From: Hymenobacter sp.
Lineage (GTDB): Bacteria; Bacteroidota; Bacteroidia; Cytophagales; Hymenobacteraceae
Length of the DNA: 53,294 bases
Direction: 5' to 3'
Assembly: GCA_025356245.1 (NCBI GenBank)
Contig: JANXUO010000023.1
Coordinates: 1 to 53,294 of the forward strand
The notes below the pieces were generated by a model, which worked only from the letters and a program-made list of their open reading frames with translations, was not told where the DNA came from and did not search any database. Below, in pieces: positions 44,946 through 53,294 of this stretch (positions are counted from its first letter, which is position 1; each line of letters opens with the position of its first letter). A program made the position numbers and the translations under genes.

Positions 44946-46973
44946 ATGAAATCTTTAAAAACCATGACCAACGCGCTGCTTTTAGCGGCGGGGTTGGCAA
45001 GCGGTGTGGGCCTGACAGCCCGTGCCCAAACCATCACCCTTAACGGCACTACCGCCGCCGCAACTGCGGCGCAGGTGGGCGGCGGCGGGCTGCAATATGC
45101 TTGTACAGCGTACGCGCCAGCCAGCCCACAAAACCAGCAAACCTTCGTTTTCACGCCCGGCGCGAACAACGAGGTGATTGACAAGTGGACGCTGCAAGGC
45201 GACGGCGTGGCCACAACCGGCACCACCGGCACCACGTTCAGCTTTTCCCCCATCGGCTTCGGCAAGGCGCGGGTGACGGTGAACTACTACTACAATACGG
45301 GTGCCACCACGCCCGTGTTCTGTTCCGGCGGCACAGTACCCATCACCTGCCCCGGTGGTGGGCAACTCACCACACCCGTGCGGGCCTACGCCACGCGTTC
45401 GTACGACTTTTTCAAGGTCTTCACGAAGGCACAAGCTGGCTTCGATGTCAAGGGGCCAACGTGTGTGCCAGTAGTCAACCCCTCGGTGGTTTACTCAGTG
45501 GAGCCGGGGGTCATCTCGACTCAGAACCAGATAGCGGCCGGAATCGACATCGACAAGTACACTTGGACTGTTACCTATACCAGCGGGTTAGCTATTGGCA
45601 CTAATGTGCCCAGAATTACCTCTGGCGATGGTAGCACAATAACCATTCCCCAAACGTCGTACACTGGCCCGAACGCCGGTTCTTTCAAGGTTGCGGTTAA
45701 GGTAGGAACGTGTAATACTGTCCAGCCTGATATTCTCGTTACCCTAGTTGGGGATTTAGGCGCTTCGGTTTCCAATTTCCCTGCCTGCATACCGATTGGT
45801 TCGACCGCCAGCACCAGTTTCACCCTTAATACTGTGGCTGGCGTGAATTACACTCTCAACACCACGATTGGCTTGTTGTCGTCCACAACCCCCGTCGTGA
45901 TTCCGGCGGCCAACAGCATCGCTATTACGGGCACAGGGAACGCCGTTACCGTCAACCTAACGGGTATCACAACAACCAACACTGGAACCGTCACTATTTC
46001 CGGTGTGGGTGGCAACGGCAACTGCTTCGGCACCCAAACCATCGTGCGGCAGGTAACGCGGCAACTGGTGGGCGGCACGAACCTCATCACCCCCGTGTGC
46101 GTCACGCCCAATTCCACGGCGGTGCTCACGCTGAGCAACGCCCCGCAGGCAACGGCCGGGCAGGCCATCAACTGGGTGGTGCCGACTGGTGCCGGCTGGG
46201 CCATCACCAGCGGGCAGGGCACCAACGCTATCACTGTCACGACGGGCGCAGCGGCGGCTACGATTACGGCCCAAGCGGGAACCTGCAACAACGGCGGCAC
46301 CGGCATCATCTCGCAGGCGGTGGGGGTCAGCGGCCCGGTGAGCGGCTGCAACCTGACCATATCCAACTCGGGCGGGGCCACACCGGGCTGCTCGTTCACG
46401 GCTTCGGTGCCGGCCGCGCCTTGCCCCCTCAACAACGCCAACCGCTACACAACGTGGCGCCTTTACGACCTGAGCCGCCCGCTGCCTGTGTCCAACCAAC
46501 TGGTGGAAACAGTTACTGTGCCCCTGAACTTTCAAAGCACGGGCTCGATTTCGTTTGCCTACCAAACCAGCATCGCGGGCACGGCCCGCGTAGAGGTGGA
46601 CGTGGTGAACACGGCCCCCGGCGGTTCTTGCCTTCGCAGTACGTTCGGCACGTCGGGCCTGGACTTTGTTTTCTGCCCACCCGGCGGGCGGGCGGCGGCC
46701 CCCGGCAGCAGCGCAGCCGCGAAACTGGCCCGGCAGGAAGTGCGGGCGTATCCTAACCCGTCGAATGGCCTGCTGACTGTTGACCTGACCCCGGCCGAAG
46801 GCACGACCCAACTTAGTTTAGTGGATGCACTGGGCCGCACCGTGCAAACGACGACGACCGACCACGCCCGCGCCGCACTAGACGTGCGCGGGTTGCCCGA
46901 GGGTACCTACACCTTGCGGGCTGTGCGCCCCGGCGGCAAGGTGCTGACCCAAACTGTGCAGGTGCAGCACTAG
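44946..46973 (+). CDS. Cys/Thr-rich secreted protein with Ig/PKD-like domains and T9SS type A C-terminal domain
   Basis: Signal peptide ending ARA-Q, WAITSGQGTNAITVT (PKD-like), C-terminal AYPNPSNG..LVDALGRTV..GLPEGTYTL. Confidence 0.88.
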   Translation: MKSLKTMTNALLLAAGLASGVGLTARAQTITLNGTTAAATAAQVGGGGLQYACTAYAPASPQNQQTFVFTPGANNEVIDKWTLQGDGVATTGTTGTTFSFSPIGFGKARVTVNYYYNTGATTPVFCSGGTVPITCPGGGQLTTPVRAYATRSYDFFKVFTKAQAGFDVKGPTCVPVVNPSVVYSVEPGVISTQNQIAAGIDIDKYTWTVTYTSGLAIGTNVPRITSGDGSTITIPQTSYTGPNAGSFKVAVKVGTCNTVQPDILVTLVGDLGASVSNFPACIPIGSTASTSFTLNTVAGVNYTLNTTIGLLSSTTPVVIPAANSIAITGTGNAVTVNLTGITTTNTGTVTISGVGGNGNCFGTQTIVRQVTRQLVGGTNLITPVCVTPNSTAVLTLSNAPQATAGQAINWVVPTGAGWAITSGQGTNAITVTTGAAAATITAQAGTCNNGGTGIISQAVGVSGPVSGCNLTISNSGGATPGCSFTASVPAAPCPLNNANRYTTWRLYDLSRPLPVSNQLVETVTVPLNFQSTGSISFAYQTSIAGTARVEVDVVNTAPGGSCLRSTFGTSGLDFVFCPPGGRAAAPGSSAAAKLARQEVRAYPNPSNGLLTVDLTPAEGTTQLSLVDALGRTVQTTTTDHARAALDVRGLPEGTYTLRAVRPGGKVLTQTVQVQH

Positions 46974-47006
46974 CTCGTAGCCCCGCTACCCGACCCCTCC
47001 CGATGG

Positions 47007-47047
47007 CTAGGGGCGGCGGGCCTTGTTGGCCCCTTCCCCGCCCCTAG
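47007..47047 (+). terminator. Intergenic hairpin
   Basis: CTAGGGGCGG ... CCGCCCCTAG. Confidence 0.45.
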
Positions 47048-47135
47048 CCGGCCTTGTGCCCCCTGCGGCTGCTCCATCGGGCGGCGGCAGGGGGCTTTGG
47101 GGTTATCCATCCTTCTGCTTTTCCCTCTTCGTACC

Positions 47136-50100
47136 ATGCCGACGCTACCCTTTTGTTCCAGCCCGTTGCGTACCCCGTACCTGCTTGCCTGCTGGCTGGC
47201 CGCCAGCGGCCTGGCACTGCTGGCGCTGACGGCCACGGCCCAGCCCACGTCGCCGCCAGCACCCATTCAGGGTCTACCTTTTTGGACGTGGCAGGCCCCG
47301 CAGCCCACGGGCTACGGCTTCAACGCCCTCCACGTTTTCAACGACTCGACCGTCATCGCCGTGGGCAACCACGGCACGGCCGTGAAGACCACCGACAACG
47401 GGCGCACATGGCAAACCCTGCCCACCGGGGCCGTCGGGGAAGTGGCTTCCGTGTCGTTCGCCAACGACCGCGTGGGTTGGATTGGCACCGAAACTCGCAT
47501 GACCACAGCCCGCCATTACTACACCGGCTCGGGGCAGATGCGGCGCACCACCGACGGCGGCCAGACCTGGACGGCGCAATCCATCGGCGTGGACGTGCTG
47601 AGCGTGGTCAACCCGCAGGTGGTGGCCATCTCGCCCACCGAAGCCTACGTCACGTACCGGCTGACCGGCTACGACCCCTTGGCGGGCATACTGAGCCAGG
47701 AACCGATGATGAGGCACACCGTAAACGGGGGGCAGAGCTGGCAACTGGTGCCGCTTCCCTTCTCCTACAGCGTGAATTTCACCATGTACCCCCCGGTTTT
47801 TCCCACGCCGACCCGGGGGTTCCTAATGGTGAAATCGACACCTGGCCTGACCAGCAACCTGCTGCGGACCACGGACGGGGGCCAAACCTGGCAGGACATC
47901 CTGCCCAGCGTGGCCAGCAACTACCTGCCCTTCGCCCTCACGTTCCTCACCCCCCAACTGGGCTGGCTCCTGGGCTTGGACGTTCCCAGCAACACCAACA
48001 TTTTGTACAAAACCCTCGACGGTGGCACGACCTGGACGCGGGTGGCCCCCCTCGTGGCGGTGCCGGCATCTGCTTATTTTTTGCCCAAATTATCCTTCAG
48101 CGACCCGCTGCACGGCCTGGCGTCGGACGTTACCGCCAATGCCGGCACCGACTACTGCACCACCGACGGGGGCCTGACCTGGGCACCGGGCAGCACGGCG
48201 CTGCCCCTGTCGCTGGGCGGTTTCCGGGCGAACCGGTTGCGCGCCGGGGGCAGTGGCTGGGCCGTGAGCAGCTTCGGCGGCCTCTACCGCACCCGCGACT
48301 ACGGCAACAGTTGGCAGGCCTGCGTGCCCGCGCCCCAGGCGTACCGGTACAAGTCGCTTGATTTTCCGGAACCGACTCACGGCTGGGCCCTTCCCTTGAC
48401 CCTCGACCCAAAGGACCAGACCACCCTGATGCGGACCGCGCGCCGGAGCCAGCCCTGGCAGGCCCTGAAGCTAGACAATGCCTTGCCCGGCGTAGATTAC
48501 ACCAACACCGCGATACAGTGCGTGGCCTTCCCCGACGCCGACACCGGCTGGGTGGCGGTCAGCAGCTCGGTGCAAACCATTCCGCTGTTGCGTACTACCA
48601 ACGGGGGCCGCAGTTGGGTGCCGCAGCCCGTGGGCACCACCCCCGCTGCCGGCTCCCTAACCGACCTGGGCTGCTGGAATACCCAGCGGGCCGTGGCTGT
48701 GGGATACGGACCAGGCGCGGCGCTATTCCGCACCCGCAACGGCGGGCGCACCTGGACAACGGCGGTTAACCCCCTGCCGCGTCAAACCCCGGGCTATGTG
48801 CTGTGGGTCGATTCAGTGACGGTGTACGTCAAAACCGACTCGGCCTATTTTCTTAAAAGCCGCGATGCCGGCCGCACCTGGCAGGCGTTGCCCTTGCCGG
48901 GGATGAATCGAATGTTTAGCTTTCGCCACAAACCGTGCTTTACTTCGGCCACCGTGGGCTACTGGACTGACAGCGGGGGTGTGTGGAAGACCACCGACGG
49001 CGGCCTGACTTGGCGCTTCACCGACCTGAACCCCCTGGCTGACTTCGACCGTGGCGGCAACCGGCAAGTTAGCCTGGCAGGTATCAGCTTCCGCAACGCA
49101 CGAGTGGGTTGGGCCTTTGGCACCAACGTCTTCCAAACCCTGGATGCCGGGCAAACCTGGAGCCTGGTGGCCAACGTAGAAGGCGGCACCGGGGCTGTGG
49201 GCAGCTTTGGACAAGCCAGTTCTGGCCCTAGCGTTTTGATAGACCGCTACAACGCCTTTACCACCGGCAGCGGTATCGTGCGCTACTCCGAGAAGTTCAT
49301 CCAAGCCGACACTTCGGCCGCCCAGCCCCGGCGCTACTGCGCCGGGCAGGACATTACCCTGGCCTACACCAACGAGGGCAGCCTCACCGCCGCCGAGCGG
49401 GCCGCCCTGCGGGTGCAGCTTTCCAACAAGATGGGGCGCTTCCGCAAGGGCCAGGCCTGGCTGCTGGCCCCGGCCCCCGGCGGCACGGCCACCGCCCTGC
49501 GGGCCACGCTGCCCGCCGTGCTGTCAGCGGGCTCCCGCTACCGGCTGCGCGTCATCACGGCCGACAGCGCCCTGCTCGGCGGCGACAACGGCCGCGACCT
49601 GACCATCAGCCCGCTGGCTACGGCCAGCATCAGCCCCGTCGGGCCAACGCTGGCCGTGTGCCAAGGTGCCACAGCCACGCTCACGGCCCCGGCCGGGCTG
49701 GCGCAGTACCTGTGGAGCACCGGGGCCACCACACCCACCATCACGGTGGGCGTGGTGGGTAGCTATACGGTGCAAGTAGCCAGCACGGCGGGCTGCCTGG
49801 GAGCACCCTCGACGGCGGTGGCTGTAACCGTAGTCCCGCTCCCCCCCGCACCCGTACTGGTGCGTAACGTAGCCAGCGGGCAGTTGACCATAGCAGCGCC
49901 GCTGGCAGGAGCTACCTACCGGTGGACGTTCAACAACGGCGTACTGGCGGGCGTGACGGGGGCCCAATACCCGGCCATGGGGGCAGCCCCGGCGGGCACC
50001 TATACAGTGGTGACGGTGAGCGCGACAGGCTGCGCGTCGGTGGCTTCTGCCCCGCTGGTGGTGATTTTGGCCGTGCGGGCCGCGACGCAAACCGAGCTGC

Positions 50101-50330
50101 GGCTCTTCCCCAACCCGGCACGGGAGGTGTTTTTTGTGGAGCGGGCCGAGGGCAGTTCCCCGGCCGAGCTGACGGTGCTTGACGCGCTGGGACGCTGCCA
50201 GTGGCGGGGCACGTTGCGGGGCGGGCAACTCCGGGTGCCGGTGCAAGGGCTGGCCCCCGGCCTCTACGCGGTACGCCTGCACAACGCCGATGGCAGCGTG
50301 GTAGTGCGCCGGATGACGGTGGAGCACTGA
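47136..50330 (+). CDS. YCF48/BNR (Asp-box) beta-propeller protein with T9SS type A C-terminal domain
   Basis: Many TTDGGxTW repeats, YLWSTGATTPTITV, C-terminal LFPNPARE..LDALGR..GLAPGLYAV. Confidence 0.9.
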   Translation: MPTLPFCSSPLRTPYLLACWLAASGLALLALTATAQPTSPPAPIQGLPFWTWQAPQPTGYGFNALHVFNDSTVIAVGNHGTAVKTTDNGRTWQTLPTGAVGEVASVSFANDRVGWIGTETRMTTARHYYTGSGQMRRTTDGGQTWTAQSIGVDVLSVVNPQVVAISPTEAYVTYRLTGYDPLAGILSQEPMMRHTVNGGQSWQLVPLPFSYSVNFTMYPPVFPTPTRGFLMVKSTPGLTSNLLRTTDGGQTWQDILPSVASNYLPFALTFLTPQLGWLLGLDVPSNTNILYKTLDGGTTWTRVAPLVAVPASAYFLPKLSFSDPLHGLASDVTANAGTDYCTTDGGLTWAPGSTALPLSLGGFRANRLRAGGSGWAVSSFGGLYRTRDYGNSWQACVPAPQAYRYKSLDFPEPTHGWALPLTLDPKDQTTLMRTARRSQPWQALKLDNALPGVDYTNTAIQCVAFPDADTGWVAVSSSVQTIPLLRTTNGGRSWVPQPVGTTPAAGSLTDLGCWNTQRAVAVGYGPGAALFRTRNGGRTWTTAVNPLPRQTPGYVLWVDSVTVYVKTDSAYFLKSRDAGRTWQALPLPGMNRMFSFRHKPCFTSATVGYWTDSGGVWKTTDGGLTWRFTDLNPLADFDRGGNRQVSLAGISFRNARVGWAFGTNVFQTLDAGQTWSLVANVEGGTGAVGSFGQASSGPSVLIDRYNAFTTGSGIVRYSEKFIQADTSAAQPRRYCAGQDITLAYTNEGSLTAAERAALRVQLSNKMGRFRKGQAWLLAPAPGGTATALRATLPAVLSAGSRYRLRVITADSALLGGDNGRDLTISPLATASISPVGPTLAVCQGATATLTAPAGLAQYLWSTGATTPTITVGVVGSYTVQVASTAGCLGAPSTAVAVTVVPLPPAPVLVRNVASGQLTIAAPLAGATYRWTFNNGVLAGVTGAQYPAMGAAPAGTYTVVTVSATGCASVASAPLVVILAVRAATQTELRLFPNPAREVFFVERAEGSSPAELTVLDALGRCQWRGTLRGGQLRVPVQGLAPGLYAVRLHNADGSVVVRRMTVEH

Positions 50331-50384
50331 GTTGGCAAGATTGAGCCGCAATACGCACAAAATCTCATTTCTACGGCCTTTGTA

Positions 50385-53294
50385 ATGAAGCTTTTCTTCT
50401 TGCTTGCGTTTGTCCTGCTCGGCCAATGGTGCCTGGCTCAAGTGCCCGATTGGGGCTGGGCTATCCATGCGGGGGGTCATACCACTGGCCGGGCTGTAGC
50501 CCGCGCCACCAACGGCACCTACGCTGTGGCAGGGCAGTTGAGCGACGCGGCCAGCTTCGGTGGCCAAACCCTGGTTAGCAGCGGCAGCAACGACCTGTTG
50601 CTCGTGCAGTACAGCGCCGCTGGCTTACCGTTGTGGGCAAGCCGAGCGGGTGGTGCCGGCTGCGATGGGGCCACCAGCCTCGCGGCCGATGCCAGCGGCA
50701 ACCTCTACGTAGCTGGATATTTCGCTGGCAACGCCGTCTTTGGCAACACCACGCTCGCCGGCACGGGGGAATATGATGGCTTCCTGGCCAAGTACTCCCC
50801 CGCCGGGGCGTTGCTGTGGGTGCGTCAGTTGGGCGGCCCCCAGTTTGATTACGCCACCTCCGTGGCCGTGGACAATGCCGGCGCGGTGGTGGTGGCAGGC
50901 CAGTACCAGCAAACCCTGACCTTGGGGACGGTCACCCTGACCAGTGCAAACACCAGCGCATTTTTGGCCAAATACGACGACCAAGGCAGCCTGCTGTGGA
51001 GCCAAAGCTTACCCGGCAGCGTCAGCGGCCTTGCCACCGACGCTGCCGGGCAGGTGTACGCAACCGGGGTGTTGCCGCCTTCGGGCGGCCTCGTGGCCAA
51101 GTTTACTGCTGGCGGGGTGCCGCTCTGGACGAGCCTAGGCACCGGCGGGGCGGCGGCCGGCACGGGAGTGGCCGTGGACGGGCAGGGCGGCGTGTTCGTG
51201 GCCGGGCGCTTTAACGGCACGTTGTCGGTTGGCCCGGCTGTTGCCACCAGTGCCGGCAATTACGATGGCTTTTTGGCGAGCTTCGACGCGACGGGGACCG
51301 GGCGCTGGGTGCAGGCCCTTGGCGGGGCAGACGAAGACCAGGCCACCGCCGTGGCGCTGGCCGGGCCGGGCACGGTGGCGGTGACGGGCTACGTGCGGGG
51401 CAGTGCCACGCTGGCCGGTCAGGCGCTCAATACGGGCGGGGCGTGCGCGGGCGCGTTCGTCGCCGGCTTTGACCCGCAACAGGGCACCCCGCAATGGCAG
51501 CGAAGCCCCGGCGGCACGGTATCGGCTATGGGCAGCGGGCTGGCCTTTGAGGCAACGGGCAGCAGCGGCGTGGTGGTGGGCACGTTTTGGGGCGAACTGA
51601 CTCTTGGCACCAACCACCTCAACAACGCCTGCGTCGATGATTGGTTGCTGGCGCAGCTCACCACCACTTTCCCCGACCTCACCGTGAGTACCGCGCAGCC
51701 CGTACAGGGCAGTTACCGCAACGTCACAATTACCGGCACGGGCGTGGCCACCCTCACCGGGCCGTTGCAGGCGACGGGCATCCTGCTGGTGCAAGGCGGC
51801 GGCCGGTTGCAGGCCAATAACCAGGTAATCACCGGTCCGGGCAGCTTTGCCCTGGCCGACGGGGCGACGCTCGCCGTCGGGCACCCGGCGGGCCTGGCCG
51901 CAACGGGCCCGACCGGGGCCATCCAGGTGGCCGGCCCGCGCAGCTTCAGCGCCGGGGGGCGCTACGGCTACACCGGCCCGGCCGCGCAGGTCACGGGGCC
52001 GGGGTTGCCGCCGCAGGTCCGCAGCCTGGCCGTGGACAACCCCGCCGGGCTGACGCTGACCACCCCGCTGGCCGTGGCCGAAACCCTGACCCTGGCCCAG
52101 GGCCCCCTGGTGCTGAACGGGCAGATGCTCACGCTGCTCTCCACGGCGGCGGGCACGGCGCAGGTCGATAATTCCGGCGGCGCGGTGCAGGGCATCGCCA
52201 CGGTGCAACGCTACCTCGACCCCGCCCGCAACGCCGGCAGCGGCTACCGCCACCTGGCAGCCCCCGTGCGAAACCCGCCCGTGGCCGACCTGGCCACGGC
52301 CACTTTCACCCCCGTCACCAACCCGGCTTACAACACCAACACAGCGCCCAACACCGTCACGCCCTATCCCTCGGTGTTCGCCTACGACGAAACCCGCCTG
52401 GCCACCGTTGCTAACAATCTCAGCGGCTTTGAAAAAGGCTGGTATTCGCCCGCCAGCAACGCGGCCCCGCTGCTGCCCCTGCACGGCTATTCGGTACAAC
52501 TGGCCGCTGCCCAAACCGTGGCCTTTGTGGGGCCGCTCAACGCCGGCCCCTACGCCCGCACCCTGAACCGGGGCAGCGCCCCCGACGCGGGCTGGGCGCT
52601 GGTGGGCAACCCTTACCCGGCCACCCTCGACTGGCACCGCGTGGCCGTGCCCGCCGGGCTCGACAACGCCGTGTACGTCTTCGAGAGCAGCGGCCCCTAC
52701 GCCGGGCAGTACCGCAGCTACGTCAACGGCATCGGCAACCCGCGCATTGCCCTGGGCCAGGGCTTCCTGGTGCGCGCCAGCAGCCCCAATGTTCCCGTCA
52801 CGCTGACCCTTACCGACGCGGCCCGCGCTCCCGATTGGGCCAGCGCCCCGCCGCTCTACCGCCCCGCGCCCGACCGCCGCCCGCGCCTGGTGCTGGCCCT
52901 GCGCGGCGCGGCCCCCGGCCCGGCCGCCGAAACCACGGTGTACTTTGAAGCCGGGGCCACGGCCGGGGTGGATGCCCGCTTCGACGCGCTACAGCCGCAG
53001 CCACCCGTTCCCCCCGACCTGGAACTGTCCACGGCCACAGCCGGCGGCGAGGCCCTCTCCATCAACGGCCTGCCGCCGCTGCAAGCCCCGCGTGCGGTGC
53101 CCGTGTCCATCCGAACGGCCCAGGCGGGTTCTTATGAGTTGGTGGTGCGTGAACTGGCCAATTTTCAGGGCCTCCGCTGTACGCTGACGGATGCGGTCAC
53201 GGGCCGCACTGTGCCGCTGGTGGCGGGTGCCACCTACGCCTTTGCGGCCACGCCCGGCAGCAGCCAGCGGTTCCGGTTGCGCTTTTCGTTGCGG
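50385..53294 (+). CDS. Large secreted SBBP-type beta-propeller protein, probably T9SS cargo (runs off the window)
   Basis: ATG at 50385, MKLFFLLAFVLLGQWCLA-Q, DASGNLYVAGYF, DGFLAKYS, GWALVGNPYP and YFEAGATAGVDARFDA, the last confirmed in the same frame. Absent from the ORF track, presumably because no stop lies inside the window. Confidence 0.85.
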   Translation, partial: MKLFFLLAFVLLGQWCLAQVPDWGWAIHAGGHTTGRAVARATNGTYAVAGQLSDAASFGGQTLVSSGSNDLLLVQYSAAGLPLWASRAGGAGCDGATSLAADASGNLYVAGYFAGNAVFGNTTLAGTGEYDGFLAKYSPAGALLWVRQLGGPQFDYATSVAVDNAGAVVVAGQYQQTLTLGTVTLTSANTSAFLAKYDDQGSLLWSQSLPGSVSGLATDAAGQVYATGVLPPSGGLVAKFTAGGVPLWTSLGTGGAAAGTGVAVDGQGGVFVAGRFNGTLSVGPAVATSAGNYDGFLASFDATGTGRWVQALGGADEDQATAVALAGPGTVAVTGYVRGSATLAGQALNTGGACAGAFVAGFDPQQGTPQWQRSPGGTVSAMGSGLAFEATGSSGVVVGTFWGELTLGTNHLNNACVDDWLLAQLTTTFPDLTVSTAQPVQGSYRNVTITGTGVATLTGPLQATGILLVQGGGRLQANNQVITGPGSFALADGATLAVGHPAGLAATGPTGAIQVAGPRSFSAGGRYGYTGPAAQVTGPGLPPQVRSLAVDNPAGLTLTTPLAVAETLTLAQGPLVLNGQMLTLLSTAAGTAQVDNSGGAVQGIATVQRYLDPARNAGSGYRHLAAPVRNPPVADLATATFTPVTNPAYNTNTAPNTVTPYPSVFAYDETRLATVANNLSGFEKGWYSPASNAAPLLPLHGYSVQLAAAQTVAFVGPLNAGPYARTLNRGSAPDAGWALVGNPYPATLDWHRVAVPAGLDNAVYVFESSGPYAGQYRSYVNGIGNPRIALGQGFLVRASSPNVPVTLTLTDAARAPDWASAPPLYRPAPDRRPRLVLALRGAAPGPAAETTVYFEAGATAGVDARFDALQPQPPVPPDLELSTATAGGEALSINGLPPLQAPRAVPVSIRTAQAGSYELVVRELANFQGLRCTLTDAVTGRTVPLVAGATYAFAATPGSSQRFRLRFSLR

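Noticed and set aside
50341-50359. ATACGCACA half-site upstream of the last gene
   Set aside because: Only one half matches the 18-bp palindrome, so it was not counted as a copy.

Overview
This is a 53-kb segment of a high-GC Bacteroidota conjugative element, probably a Hymenobacter-like plasmid (host inferred from Bacteroidota-type Tra genes, T9SS C-terminal domains and TAnnTTTG promoters). Positions 1-3640 are a gene-poor, purine-skewed region with two small putative DNA-binding genes and a candidate oriT. Positions 3644-10362 (+) are the mobilisation operon: BfmA/BtgA-like protein, DUF5712-type relaxase, a type IV coupling protein with a long tail, a FicA-like ORF and a non-canonical Fic protein. 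Positions 10519-24321 (-) are the mating-pair operon (traE, F, G, J, K, N, M, a VirB5/TraI-like gene, a traO-like gene and accessory genes). Positions 24551-37773 (+) encode a 2604-aa Toprim/repeat protein, a type IA topoisomerase and hypotheticals. Positions 38052-53294 are cargo. The best candidate for an undescribed system is in the cargo: a wHTH plus TPR-like regulator, a divergent 54-aa secreted propeptide missing from the ORF track, an OppABC-like importer, and a shared ATGTCAGGAA box that also precedes three T9SS-secreted proteins. Together this resembles RRNPP-style peptide signalling in a Gram-negative Bacteroidota. Other notable items are an 18-bp palindrome present about 13 times in the backbone, a pilin-like domain fused to TraJ, and a stand-alone S74 chaperone in the tra operon. 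All family calls come from reading motifs by eye; no searches were run.
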